Assembly (NCBI GenBank): GCA_027024255.1
Contig: JALVSQ010000021.1
Location: 1 to 39,183, forward strand
DNA length: 39,183 nucleotides
Direction: 5' to 3'
From: Candidatus Micrarchaeota archaeon
GTDB taxonomy: Archaea > Micrarchaeota > Micrarchaeia > Anstonellales > J096
Shown: positions 28,484-38,731 of the stretch, piece after piece
Numbering within the stretch: the first letter of the stretch is position 1
Layout of the letters: each line of letters opens with the position of its first letter
The notes under the pieces: model-generated
Database searches by the model: none
Seen by the model: only the letters and a program-made list of their open reading frames with translations
What the model was told of the DNA's origin: nothing
Translations under genes and position numbers: made by a program

Positions 28484-29428
28484 AACAGTATTGCACAGTG
28501 GGTCTTCTGTAAAGTATAATGATAAAAAGAGTTTATAATAACCTAAATAAGGAACTCTAAATACAACTTTCCCCAGCACATTGCTCTTTTTTACAGGATA
28601 ATTGCCTTTGTTGAACTTATAAGAGTAAAATTGAATATCCATAACATTGTTATTATCTCCTTGAGTCAGGTAATACTCATTCCCTTTTTCATCAACGAGC
28701 CTTACATAAGCTCTGTGAACTATGTCCCCGAACATGCCAAAGAGTTCTGCCTTTGTTGGTCTATAAACAAGAACATCGTTTGATGCATTGAAGAATATTT
28801 TTTCATCTTTGTACTGGAGGTAAGCAAGGCACGGTTCCTCTTTTTCAGTGTTTAAACCTAAAAACTTTCTTGTGCATTTTTTGTATTGAAAAGTAAAGTT
28901 CCCCTTGACCTCTTTATAATTGCCTGGATTACTGGCAAAATCAACGCACCAACCTTCAAGCGTTGCCTGACAATAACTCATTATTGAACCGGGAATTGAA
29001 CCAAGATACTCATTTCCCCTATACACTCTGGATAAGCCTTTTAGACTGGCTATGTCTTTACCTGTTACATGTAAAACAGGAGCCCTGTATTCATCAAGTC
29101 CTTTGACAAATATTAAATCCCCTCTATCAAGAGAGGGAAGCATGGAGCATGAAACAATAGCACTTATGGGTGTTTCTGTATGCATAACCCTCTGAAACCC
29201 GAACCAGAGGAGTAAGGCAACAATTACAGTCGCTATTGTTTCTAGAATTTCTTTTTTAACACCGTGCTTTTTTATTCCAACATACACCTCAATACCCACT
29301 GCGAAAAGAATGAATAAAGCAGTAAGAACTGCAAATATTACACTCTTCGTTAACAGATAAAAGGCAAGTAAAATAAGCAATATTGCAAACTGAACATTAC
29401 CTTTCTCCAACCGCTCTATCCAGTCCAT
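28469..29428 (-). CDS. Signal peptidase I (Sec11/S26B type) with large insertion
   Basis: IVSCSMLP..RGD, IVHR, TQGDNN, GKVVFRVPYLG. Confidence 0.88.
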   Translation of the reverse strand: MDWIERLEKGNVQFAILLILLAFYLLTKSVIFAVLTALFILFAVGIEVYVGIKKHGVKKEILETIATVIVALLLWFGFQRVMHTETPISAIVSCSMLPSLDRGDLIFVKGLDEYRAPVLHVTGKDIASLKGLSRVYRGNEYLGSIPGSIMSYCQATLEGWCVDFASNPGNYKEVKGNFTFQYKKCTRKFLGLNTEKEEPCLAYLQYKDEKIFFNASNDVLVYRPTKAELFGMFGDIVHRAYVRLVDEKGNEYYLTQGDNNNVMDIQFYSYKFNKGNYPVKKSNVLGKVVFRVPYLGYYKLFLSLYFTEDPLCNTVLIRT

Positions 29429-29432
29429 AAAC

Positions 29433-29690
29433 TCACTCTAATACCTTTTCAATGCCTTTCAATTCCTTTACAATTGATTTTATTGCCTTTTTGAGTGATG
29501 CTCTTGGGTCTTTTGATTTAACAACTACTAAAGGATAACCTGCCAGAGGGTGTTCCCATTTGTAGGCTGCAAATGAGACATCTTTATCTTCATTAAGCCT
29601 TTCAACTATGAGTTCTGCTAAGCCAGGGTCTTTATCAAGAATCCTGAATTCAAGAATACCTTTTTTATCATTCAGTATTTCAATCTCCAT
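29433..29690 (-). CDS. rpoL: RNA polymerase subunit L (Rpo11)
   Basis: VSFAAYKWEHPL motif, size; GGTG RBS before ATG 29690. Confidence 0.88.
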   Translation of the reverse strand: MEIEILNDKKGILEFRILDKDPGLAELIVERLNEDKDVSFAAYKWEHPLAGYPLVVVKSKDPRASLKKAIKSIVKELKGIEKVLE

Positions 29691-29778
29691 AAAACCACCT
29701 AACAAACATTTTTAGCAATTGTTTTAAAACCTTAACCGTTCTCCCTTATGAATAAGAATTAGATAAAAAAGAAAGAGG

Positions 29779-31398
29779 TTAGTCTAACTCATTGCTTTCG
29801 TTTTCCTTTTTACTTGTTCCTTTTGCAGATATTATATCATCGATTCTTAAGACAAGCCTTGCTGTCTCAACTGCTGAAGATATGGCCTGCCTTTTCACTT
29901 TCAATGGTTCAAGCACACCCAACTCTTTCATATCGCTTACCTTTCCATTGCCTACATCAACACCAAAGTAAATTCCGTTTTCCTTTGAATGCTTGCTCCT
30001 CAGTTCTACAAGTGTGTCTATGGCATCCATACCTGCATTCTCTGCAAGTGTTGTTGGTATTGATTCAAGTGCATCTGCAAATGCCTCAACAGCTAATTGC
30101 TCCCTTCCTCCGACCTCTACAGCGTAATCCCTCAATCTCTTTGCCAGCTCTATTTCAACGCTTCCTCCTCCTGCAACGTACTTACCTACTTCAAGGGTTG
30201 ATGCCACACTGCCCAATGCATCTTTTATTGCTCTTTCAACCTCATTTACAACATGTTCTGTTCCTCCCCTTACAAATATTGTAACACTCTTAGGGTCTTT
30301 GCAGTTTTCTACAAACACCATTGCTTCTCCACCAACCTTTCTTTCCTCAACAATCTCTGCTTCTCCTAAGTCTTTCTCGCTTAAATCGTCAAGGCTTGAT
30401 GCTATTCTGGCTCCTGTTGCCCTGCTCAATTTCTCCATATCACTCTTCTTAACCCTTCTAACCGCTAATATACCTGCCTTTGCTAAGTAATGCTGTGCAA
30501 CATCGTCAATGCCTTTCTGAACAAAAACAACATTTGCCCCAGCCTTCTTTATCTTTTCAACCATCTTCTTTAACATTTCCTCTTCCTGCCTTAAAAATGC
30601 CTCTAACTGCTCAGGAGCCGTTATGTTTATCTTTGCATCTGTCTCTGTTTTCTCAACCTCCAATGCAGCATCAATCAACGCAATTTTTGCATTCTTTATT
30701 TTCTTTGGCATACCTGCATGCACAACTTCTTTGTCAATAACAATCCCGTTTACAAGCCTTGTATCCGCAACCTCCCCTCCTGCTTTCTTTTCTATCTTTA
30801 CAAGGTCTAAATCAACATAGTACTTTCCATCTCTTTTTTCTGAGACTTGCTTTACTGCCTTTACAACAATATCTGCAATCAATTCCTTTTCCTTATCACT
30901 GCCTATACCCTTTGAACCCATGGCAACCATTGCAATTCTCTTTAAAGTCTCAGAATCATCAGGTGTTACATCCTCTCCTATTTTCTCAAGCTCCTCTTGA
31001 GCTTTTGCTTCTGCTAATTCAAACCCTTTTATTATGGTTGTTGGATGTATATTTTTGTCTAACAATTGACCTGCATTTTTTAGCAAGTTTCCTGCAATAA
31101 CAACGCTTGTTGTTGTTCCATCTCCAACCTCTTTGTCCTGTGTCTTTGCAATCTCAACCATCAGCTTTGCTGTTGGATGTTCCACATTCATCTCTTCAAG
31201 AATTGTTGCTCCATCGTTTGTGATTATTATGTCTCCTAAATCGCTTACAAGCATCTTGTCCATGCCCTTAGGGCCAAGTGTTGTTTTCACTATTTGTGCA
31301 ATTGCATAGCCGATGGCTATGTTCAATCTCATTGCATCTCTACCTATAATCCTCTGTGCCCCTTCGGGCAAAGGTTCTGAACTTATCTTTCCTGCCAT
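29779..31398 (-). CDS. ths: Thermosome (group II chaperonin) subunit
   Basis: [30 protein letters not shown]. Confidence 0.98.
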   Translation of the reverse strand: MAGKISSEPLPEGAQRIIGRDAMRLNIAIGYAIAQIVKTTLGPKGMDKMLVSDLGDIIITNDGATILEEMNVEHPTAKLMVEIAKTQDKEVGDGTTTSVVIAGNLLKNAGQLLDKNIHPTTIIKGFELAEAKAQEELEKIGEDVTPDDSETLKRIAMVAMGSKGIGSDKEKELIADIVVKAVKQVSEKRDGKYYVDLDLVKIEKKAGGEVADTRLVNGIVIDKEVVHAGMPKKIKNAKIALIDAALEVEKTETDAKINITAPEQLEAFLRQEEEMLKKMVEKIKKAGANVVFVQKGIDDVAQHYLAKAGILAVRRVKKSDMEKLSRATGARIASSLDDLSEKDLGEAEIVEERKVGGEAMVFVENCKDPKSVTIFVRGGTEHVVNEVERAIKDALGSVASTLEVGKYVAGGGSVEIELAKRLRDYAVEVGGREQLAVEAFADALESIPTTLAENAGMDAIDTLVELRSKHSKENGIYFGVDVGNGKVSDMKELGVLEPLKVKRQAISSAVETARLVLRIDDIISAKGTSKKENESNELD

Positions 31399-31551
31399 TT
31401 ATACCACCCCAAAATAACGGATTTTTTGTCAATACTTATGGTAAAAACATTTAAAAATATTGCTTTGCCTTTTGGGCTTTTTGGTCTGTCAGATAGTAAT
31501 TCAGTAAAGAAAACTCCAGCCTCTCTTATTTTTAACCTGCTATTAACTTTC

Positions 31552-32979
31552 TTATTCTTTCTCTAACTTCAGGGTTTTTTCTGCTAATTGTTCAAGTGCT
31601 GTTTCAGATGCTTCTTTAACATCATAATCCTCGTATTTATCCTTTAACCTTTCCATAAGAGCATTAATGATCTTCCTATTTGCTACCCCTAATTTTCCTA
31701 AAGCCTTAGCAGCTGTTTCTTTAACATACCATTCTTCATTTTTGTCTTTTAACCTCTCTACAAGAGCATTAACAACTTCTTTATTTGCTACTCCTAATTT
31801 TCCTAAAGCCTTAGCAGCTGCTTTTCTAACACTTGGGTGTTCACTTTCATCATTCAACCTTTCTACAAGAGCATCAATAACCTTTTCACTCGCACCACCT
31901 AATTCTCCTAAAGCCAAACATACTCCAGCTCTTTCTTTCCAATCTGTGCTGTTAATATCAGGTAAAATTCTCTCAACAATTTCTTCCTCCATTTTGTTCT
32001 TTTTAGCTATTTTACCAAGGGCTTCAGCAGCTGCTTTTCTAACACTTGGGTGTTCACTTTCATCATTCAACCTTTCTACAAGAGCATTAATAACTTCCTC
32101 ACTTGGAACTCCTAATTCTCCTAAAGCCAGACATACTCCATGTCTTTCTTTCCACTCTGTGCTGTTAATACCGGGTAAAATTCTTTCAACAATTTCGTTT
32201 TCAATGTTATTCTTCTTAGCTGTTTTACCAAGAGCTTCGACAACTGCTTCTCTAACATCTTCATCCTCATCTTTCAGCCTCCCTACAAGAGCATTAATAA
32301 CCTTTTTATTTGCAACCTCCAGTTTACCTAAAGCCTCAGCAACTGCTTTTTTAACATCCCATTTTTCGTTCTCATCCTTCAACCTCTTTACAAGTACTTT
32401 AATGAGCTTCTCGTTTTCTTCCACTGACTTAACCAATGCTTTAATAACTGTTTTTATAACCTTTCGGAATTTACCTTCCTTTTTAAGTTTATCTGTCGTA
32501 GATTTGGTTTCTTTTCTTGCAGCCCCTAATTTGCCAAGGGCTTCAGCAGCTTCTTTTCTAACCCTTGTGTATTCCCTTTTATCATTCAACCTCTCTACAA
32601 GAGCATTAATAACCTTCTTACTTTTTACTCCCAGATCACCCAGGGCAGCACAGGCTTCCATCCTTTCCTCCCAATCCTCACTATTAATCTTAACCAAAAG
32701 AGTTTCTATTACTTTATTGACCAGTTCCTTGGTTACTTCCTCTCCGAACCTTTCCTTTATCTCTTCAATAGTCTTTTTATCAGGGATTCCTTCCTTAAAC
32801 TCTTCAAGCAATCTTTTAACCACCTCTTCTTTGTATTTATGGACCTGAGAAGGAGCTATAAGTCTTACTAACTTTTCATCAGGAATTCCTTTTCCTTCCA
32901 TTAACTTATTAAGTAAATTGGCCTCTCTTCTTTTAGCTTCTTCTATATTCTCCTTCACCCTTTCCTTGAATTTTCTCAT
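31552..32979 (-). CDS. HEAT (PBS-lyase-type) repeat protein
   Basis: Repeated VINALVERL.D....VRKAAAEALGKLG units; 213-bp internal DNA duplication (31813 vs 32026). Confidence 0.92.
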   Translation of the reverse strand: MRKFKERVKENIEEAKRREANLLNKLMEGKGIPDEKLVRLIAPSQVHKYKEEVVKRLLEEFKEGIPDKKTIEEIKERFGEEVTKELVNKVIETLLVKINSEDWEERMEACAALGDLGVKSKKVINALVERLNDKREYTRVRKEAAEALGKLGAARKETKSTTDKLKKEGKFRKVIKTVIKALVKSVEENEKLIKVLVKRLKDENEKWDVKKAVAEALGKLEVANKKVINALVGRLKDEDEDVREAVVEALGKTAKKNNIENEIVERILPGINSTEWKERHGVCLALGELGVPSEEVINALVERLNDESEHPSVRKAAAEALGKIAKKNKMEEEIVERILPDINSTDWKERAGVCLALGELGGASEKVIDALVERLNDESEHPSVRKAAAKALGKLGVANKEVVNALVERLKDKNEEWYVKETAAKALGKLGVANRKIINALMERLKDKYEDYDVKEASETALEQLAEKTLKLEKE

Positions 32980-33067
32980 TATGTTAATTATTGTGTAGGA
33001 AAATGTTTAAAAAACTTAGATGGATTATTTCTCAGGAGTTCTGGACAGAGCAGAAGTTAAATCAATC

Positions 33068-33097
33068 TGAAAAATTCTTTTAAAGAATTACCGGACA
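33068..33097. repeat. Dispersed palindromic intergenic element, copy B
   Basis: Contains perfect inverted repeat AATTCTTT-T-AAAGAATT; reverse complement is 28/30 identical to 7560-7589. Confidence 0.75.
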
Positions 33098-33140
33098 GAC
33101 CAGGCTTTTCTTTATAAACATATCCTCTGCTTACCATTTT

Positions 33141-33710
33141 ATGAGAAGAATTTCATGGCCTCTGTACATAGCTGCCTTTACCATAAGCTTATTCATATTT
33201 GCTCTTGGCTTTTACTTTGCTTTGCTTGTGGAGGAGCACGCCAAAGCGACCATGGCTGAGAAACTTGATAAATTAACTCAAAACAGCGTTTTAATGCAAC
33301 TCTTTTTATTGACAAATTATGATCCTTCATTCTGCCCCATCTATAAGGAGGCTTTGAAGAGGAGTTATGAAGAAGTTGAGACAATAGGCAATGAACTAAC
33401 ATACCTTGAAGAGGTTAGAGGAGAAAGAAATCTGGAATTAAAGAAGGATTATTTTATGTTTGAGTTAAAGACATTTTTACTTGCTAAAAGAGTAAAGGAG
33501 ATATGCAGTACTGATGAGCATTTTGCCCTTTACTTTTATTCTAAAAATTGTTCTGAATGCGATGAGTTAGGAAAGCAATTGATTAATGAGAGAAAGAAGG
33601 ACCCCTCTCTAAAAGTTTTTTCGTTTGAAGATGGTATTAATAGTTCTGTTGTTGAATCATTAAAAGCAAAGTACAATGTTACAGTGCCATCTGTAATTAG
33701 AGTTGATTGA
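33141..33710 (+). CDS. Membrane-anchored protein with C-terminal thioredoxin-like CxxC domain
   Basis: N-terminal TM helix, LYFYSKNCSEC, KYNVTVPSVI. Confidence 0.75.
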   Translation: MRRISWPLYIAAFTISLFIFALGFYFALLVEEHAKATMAEKLDKLTQNSVLMQLFLLTNYDPSFCPIYKEALKRSYEEVETIGNELTYLEEVRGERNLELKKDYFMFELKTFLLAKRVKEICSTDEHFALYFYSKNCSECDELGKQLINERKKDPSLKVFSFEDGINSSVVESLKAKYNVTVPSVIRVD

Positions 33711-34743
33711 ATAGTTTTATCCACCTTTTAGCAATTCTTTTTATATCATATTCCTTTGCCTTTTTAATGCACTCCTTTTCATCTGCTTTCTTTGCTTCTT
33801 CAAACGCTTTCATAAAAGAGTGCCTGTCCCAGAATACACTTGTTGCTAATTCCTCTCCTGCTGTGCCTTTTAATGCAATCACAGGCATGCCTGAGGCTAA
33901 GGCCTCAAGAACAACCAGCCCCTGAGTATCAAATTTTGAAGTGAATATAAGGGCAGTTTTTGTTTTGTAAAGTCTTTTTAGCTCTTCATCGCTTACAAAG
34001 CCAAGAAAATGAACAAGGTGAGAAACATTGAATTCTTTTGCTTTTGATTTAAAATAATCAATTCCCGGCCCTTTTCCAGCAATATACAAGTGAATATTCT
34101 TTAAGTAAGGAAATACAACATCAAATCCTTTTTCTTTAACAACCCTGCCAACATGTAGAAGTGAATCTTCTTTACATTCTCTTTTTCCTTTGAATGCATC
34201 TGTTTTTATGCCGTTAGGCATTACAATAGCATTTATTCCATGTGCCTTTAATTTATTTGATGCATATGTGGTTGGAGCAGTTACAACATCGAATTTTGAG
34301 TAAAGAAATTTTAAGTATGCCCAGGCAAGTTTTTCAGCACTCTTTTCTATTAACTTGTTCTTTGCTATGTAATGGGTTGCATCTGCGATGCTTGTGTGGA
34401 ATGTGGCTATTGAAGGAATGCTAAATGCATGTGCCATTGCCAGTGCAGCCCATGCAGTTAGAGCAACACCATGGTTATGCACTATGTCAATGTTCTTTTC
34501 CTTAAATAGGCTCTTTAATTTTAGAAAGTTGGGAAATGCAAATTTATAGTCGGGATAAGGCTTGAAAGGTGTTGATGTGAAGTAAAACACATCTTTAGTT
34601 TGCATTTCTTTACCATCAGGAGATGGAGCAAATACATAAACCTTATGGCCCAGTTTTTCTAACTCTTCTTTAAGCAATGAAATGCTCACAACAACACCGT
34701 CTTTATTTGGTAAATAACTGTCTGTAAAAAAGGCTATATTCAT
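33697..34743 (-). CDS. Glycosyltransferase family 4
   Basis: FTDSYLPNKDGV, PNGI, HVGRVVKEKG, DTQGLVVLEALASGMPV. Confidence 0.93.
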   Translation of the reverse strand: MNIAFFTDSYLPNKDGVVVSISLLKEELEKLGHKVYVFAPSPDGKEMQTKDVFYFTSTPFKPYPDYKFAFPNFLKLKSLFKEKNIDIVHNHGVALTAWAALAMAHAFSIPSIATFHTSIADATHYIAKNKLIEKSAEKLAWAYLKFLYSKFDVVTAPTTYASNKLKAHGINAIVMPNGIKTDAFKGKRECKEDSLLHVGRVVKEKGFDVVFPYLKNIHLYIAGKGPGIDYFKSKAKEFNVSHLVHFLGFVSDEELKRLYKTKTALIFTSKFDTQGLVVLEALASGMPVIALKGTAGEELATSVFWDRHSFMKAFEEAKKADEKECIKKAKEYDIKRIAKRWIKLFNQL

Positions 34744-35438
34744 TCTCTCACAGCCTCATATTTGTTAAATGAGGAGTTGAGTAAATTTACTTTAAAAAAG
34801 TTTATTGTGTGAAAAACAGCATATCTCAACCAGCCCCATTTCCTTATCCTTCTGTTACTTGTGAATGTTCTTGCATTCTCAACAAAAACAACCTTACATA
34901 TTTTCTTTACTCTTTTTATTAAATCAGTATCTTCACCTGTTTGCATATCTCTGATTCCACCAACCTTATCGTAAACACTCCTTTTTATTGCTATACTGTC
35001 ACCTGAGGCAAACACAAAGCCTATTAAGAAAGCAAGAGGGATGAGGCATTTATTTAATATGAATCCACCTACTCTTTCAATTAAATTTGATTCTTCAACA
35101 TAAATGCTTCCCACAGCAGCGCAGGCTTTTCCTTCTATTATTGGTCTGGTTAAGTTGTAAAGCCACTCATTATCATAAACTGCATCGGCACTTGCCAAAA
35201 CAATTATATCTCCTTTTGCCTTTTCAACACCCTTTGCCCTTCCATAGCCAATACCTTCTCTCTTCACATCAACAATTCTGCATTTGAATTTCTTTGCTAT
35301 TTCCCTTGTCTTATCTTTACTTTTATAATCAGCTATTATTACCTCATCAGGTTTAAGGCTTTGTCTCATTATACTTTTCAGTGTCTTTGCTAAATACCTC
35401 TCTTCATTGTAAGTTGGAATAACGATGCTTATCCTCAC
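34740..35438 (-). CDS. Glycosyltransferase family 2
   Basis: ISIVIPTYNEE, SKDKT, SAD in place of DxD, GED, TSNRR. Confidence 0.92.
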   Translation of the reverse strand: MRISIVIPTYNEERYLAKTLKSIMRQSLKPDEVIIADYKSKDKTREIAKKFKCRIVDVKREGIGYGRAKGVEKAKGDIIVLASADAVYDNEWLYNLTRPIIEGKACAAVGSIYVEESNLIERVGGFILNKCLIPLAFLIGFVFASGDSIAIKRSVYDKVGGIRDMQTGEDTDLIKRVKKICKVVFVENARTFTSNRRIRKWGWLRYAVFHTINFFKVNLLNSSFNKYEAVRE

Positions 35439-35537
35439 AACTTATGCTTAACAAACAACATTTAAAAAAATTCCTGAGGCAGTGTGTTTTGCTTTTTGGA
35501 GTAATTTCTCTTCATTTTTAACCTGCTATTAACTTTC

Positions 35538-36352
35538 TTATTCTTTCTCTAACTTCAGGGTTTTTTCTGCTAATTGTTCAAGTGCTGTTTCAGATGCTTC
35601 TTTAACATCATAATCCTCGTATTTGTCCTTTAACCTTTCCATAAGAGCATTAATGACTTCTTCATTTGCTACTCCCAATTCTCCCTGCGTATTTTAACTA
35701 AAGCCTCAGCAACTGCTTTTTTAACATCCCATTTTTCGTTCTCATCTTTTAACCTCCCTATAAGAGCATCCATTACTTCTTTACTTGCAATTCCTAATTC
35801 TCCTAAAGCCAGACATACTTCATATCTTTCTTCCGGGTTTCTGCTGTTAATACCGGGTAAAATTCTTTCAACAATTTCTTCCTCCATTTTGTTCTTTTTA
35901 GCTATTTTACCCAGGGCTTCAGCAACTGCTTTTTTAACATACGGCAATTCGCTCCCATCTTTCAACCTTTCTAAAAGAGCATTAATAACCTTCTTACTTT
36001 TTACTCCCAGATCACCCAGGGCAGCACAGGCTTCCATCCTTTCCTCCCAGTCCTCACTATTAATCTTAACCAAAAGAGTTTCTATTACTTTATTGACCAG
36101 TTCCTTGGTTACTTCCTCTCCGAACCTTTCCTTTATCTCTTCAATAGTCTTTTTATCAGGGATTCCTTCCTTAAACTCTTCAAGCAATCTTTTAACCACC
36201 TCTTCTTTGTATTTATGGACCTGAGAAGGAGCTATAAGTCTTACCAACTTTTCATCAGGAATTCCATCTTCCATTAACTTCTTAAATAAATTAGCCTCTC
36301 TTCTTTTGGCTTCTTCTATATTCTCCTTCACTATTTTCATCAATTTTCTCAT
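35538..36352 (-). pseudogene. Frameshifted, internally deleted paralog of HEAT gene 31552..32979
   Basis: ORF stops at 35669, but the paralog's C-terminus (NALMERLKDKYEDYDV...LEKE*) continues in another frame to TAA at 35538-35540. A 14-nt junction at 35685-35698 shifts the frame. A 227-aa product may still be made. Confidence 0.8.
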
Positions 36353-36464
36353 TATGTTAATTATTGTGGAATGAAATGTTTAAAAAACTTAGATGGAATT
36401 ATCCTGAATGATTATCTGGAAAGCACCTGTTTTAAATAATCTTTGTTGAGTTAAATACAAAACC

Positions 36465-37409
36465 ATGAATGTTATGCTTATTGCTGAGGGCAACGGTTAT
36501 GGTCATGCTTCCAGGCTTTCTTTATTGGCTACTTACTTCAAGGAGCCTATAATTACATTCTACAAAGGCGTTGAGTTTTGTAAAAAAGAGGGCATTCCAT
36601 ACATTGATATTGGCACGCCTTACTACATTGATGATGAAAATGTTGCCTTAAAGTTAAACATAAATGGTATGAAAAGATGGTTCAAGCCCCTTTTGCTCAA
36701 AAATCTTGTGGATATGGCTAAGGAAAAGGATGTAATTATAGGGGATACATCTCTTTTAGCATTGGTAATCGGCAAGATAGCAAAGAAGCCAGTCATAGGT
36801 ATTTTCAGCGATGTTTACAGCAATACATTTATCCCTTCATTTATAAATCCAATAAGCAAGAAGACTATTGCAGCAGTCCTGAATATGTTTGATTCTCTCC
36901 TCATTCCTGATTTTCCACCACCTTATTCAATTTCCTCCTTAAACCTTCAATTAAAAAAAGCAAGGTTCATAGGACCTATGGTTAAGCCCATCAGGCAGGT
37001 AAAGCATAACATTCCATTAGTTGTTTCAGCAGGGGGCAACGGCATTGAGGTTAAGAGGATTAAAGACCTTGGTTTAAGGTTTATTTCTCAATACGATGTT
37101 AAAAACATAAGGCAGTATTACAAGCATGCAAAGGGTATTTTGACCCATGGTGGCCACACAACAATAATGGAAGGCATTTACTATGCTAAACCACTTTTGT
37201 TTTTTGTTAATAAAAAGTACAAAGAAAGGCTCAACAACTCTGTGAAGGCAGAATCCTTAGGCATTGGAAGGATTGTTTCCTTAGAGAGTTTACCCATGGC
37301 CATTGATGAGATTGATTTTATGAAAAAGAGGGTTTTGTGGTTTTCCAAATGGGCAAGAAGGTTTAATCCTGTAAAAGATGTTGAAGATGAAATAAGTAAA
37401 TTTGTTTAA
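36465..37409 (+). CDS. GT-B glycosyltransferase (MJ1255/GT28-like)
   Basis: GNGYGHASR, IPDFPPPYSIS, FIGP, THGGHTTIMEG..KP. Confidence 0.85.
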   Translation: MNVMLIAEGNGYGHASRLSLLATYFKEPIITFYKGVEFCKKEGIPYIDIGTPYYIDDENVALKLNINGMKRWFKPLLLKNLVDMAKEKDVIIGDTSLLALVIGKIAKKPVIGIFSDVYSNTFIPSFINPISKKTIAAVLNMFDSLLIPDFPPPYSISSLNLQLKKARFIGPMVKPIRQVKHNIPLVVSAGGNGIEVKRIKDLGLRFISQYDVKNIRQYYKHAKGILTHGGHTTIMEGIYYAKPLLFFVNKKYKERLNNSVKAESLGIGRIVSLESLPMAIDEIDFMKKRVLWFSKWARRFNPVKDVEDEISKFV

Positions 37410-37413
37410 TTGT

Positions 37414-37461
37414 CCATTTTTCTGGACAAAAATTTCAATTTTTGTAAATTTTTCTGGACAA
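37414..37461. repeat. 48-bp direct repeat, copy adjacent to ATPase stop codon
   Basis: CCATTTTTCTGGACAAAAATTTCAATTTTTGTAAATTTTTCTGGACAA, identical to 38732-38779. Confidence 0.96.
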
Positions 37462-37462
37462 G

Positions 37463-38695
37463 CTATACAAGGCAGGCAAGGTATAAGGGTAAGGTGACCA
37501 CATTACCTTCTATACTTATCTCTTCTCCTTCTTTTAAAAGAAAGCCCTTTCTTATCTGGCTTTTTGTTTTTGACGGGCCTCCTATTTCAAGGTCAAGGAA
37601 CGCATTGCCTGCCCTTATCTTATAATCAGGCTGTTTTTTTCCATGATTGTAGAAAAGAGGTATTTTTTTGTAATAAAAAGAGGAGACAACTGCATCTTCT
37701 CTGAGGCCACCTATGTTTTCTCTGAGATAAAGGTTAAGTGTTAAGCTGTGCCTTAATAAAGGAGATGAAAACAAAAACTTTCTTTCTTTCCTTAACGAAG
37801 CAGATGAAGGGGGATATGGCAACACAGATATAAGAAAGGAGGATGTTTCAAGAGCATTTAAGATGTTCAACACAGTCGTTCTTGATGTTCCTGCTATTTC
37901 TGCAAACCTCTGGAGCGATATCTTTTCAGGTGGGGAAAGGGCTATTGTTTCAACTATCTTTCTTGCTTTTTCACCTGCATCTATGTTGAAGCCTCCTATG
38001 TAGGGGAAATCAAATGTTACTATCTGGGAGAGGAGGCTGTAAGCAACATCCCTGACATTCATCCCGAATGCAAGGGGAAATCCATGGGTGAGGTATTCCC
38101 TGAATTCGTAGCTTAAACTCCTTAACCTTAATAAATAATCTTTTGCCTTTGTGTATGCATCCTTTGGCATAGATGAAAATATGTCAATTGCAGATTCATT
38201 TACATGTATGCCTTTCTTTATTCTCAGATATTCCCTGAAGGTAAGAGGAGGCAGTTCATAGAATACGGCCCTTCTTGCCATTGCAGAACCTTTGAGCCTT
38301 ATCTTTATGGCTGAGGATCCCGTTGCTATTATTTTAAGCTTGAAGTTATCATATATTATTTTAAGCTTTTTATCCCATTCGCTAATGTCTGTTAGCTCAT
38401 CTATGTAAAGTGTTCGGAGGTTGGTGTGCTTTATGTAGTCTTTAACAACCTTCACAATGTCCAGTTTGTAATAAGATAGACTCGACCCGTCTATGAACAT
38501 GCCGTCTCTTTCAGCCATTGCCTGATTCAATGAAACAGATTTTCCTATACCTCTTAATCCGTAATATATGAAAGCAAGTTCTCCTTTTTCATTTTTGAGC
38601 CTTTCAACAATATCTCTTTGTTTGTACTTTTTAGCATCTTCTTTTCTTTCCTCTTTCTTTTCTTCCATGAACCTTATGAATTCAAAAACGTCCAT
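37463..38695 (-). CDS. AAA_14/COG1373-type ATPase with HTH and nuclease-like C-terminus
   Basis: GLRGIGKS, IDEL, ATGSSA, GFP, HTH LQRFAEIAGTSRTTV, GGLRED, PDY..LEIGGPSK. Confidence 0.88.
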   Translation of the reverse strand: MDVFEFIRFMEEKKEERKEDAKKYKQRDIVERLKNEKGELAFIYYGLRGIGKSVSLNQAMAERDGMFIDGSSLSYYKLDIVKVVKDYIKHTNLRTLYIDELTDISEWDKKLKIIYDNFKLKIIATGSSAIKIRLKGSAMARRAVFYELPPLTFREYLRIKKGIHVNESAIDIFSSMPKDAYTKAKDYLLRLRSLSYEFREYLTHGFPLAFGMNVRDVAYSLLSQIVTFDFPYIGGFNIDAGEKARKIVETIALSPPEKISLQRFAEIAGTSRTTVLNILNALETSSFLISVLPYPPSSASLRKERKFLFSSPLLRHSLTLNLYLRENIGGLREDAVVSSFYYKKIPLFYNHGKKQPDYKIRAGNAFLDLEIGGPSKTKSQIRKGFLLKEGEEISIEGNVVTLPLYLACLV

Positions 38696-38731
38696 TGTAA
38701 GTCTTTTTAATAAAATACTTTAAAAATATTG

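Noticed and set aside
31667-32848. 393-aa plus-strand ORF (and 35889..36224)
   Set aside because: Antisense shadow of the repetitive HEAT genes; the S/F/L-rich composition mirrors K/E codons.
35685-35698. GT...AG micro-intron
   Set aside because: Archaea lack spliceosomes and I saw no clear bulge-helix-bulge; GTTAAAATA resembles the GGTAAAATA (GKI) of a HEAT unit, so a deletion junction is simpler.
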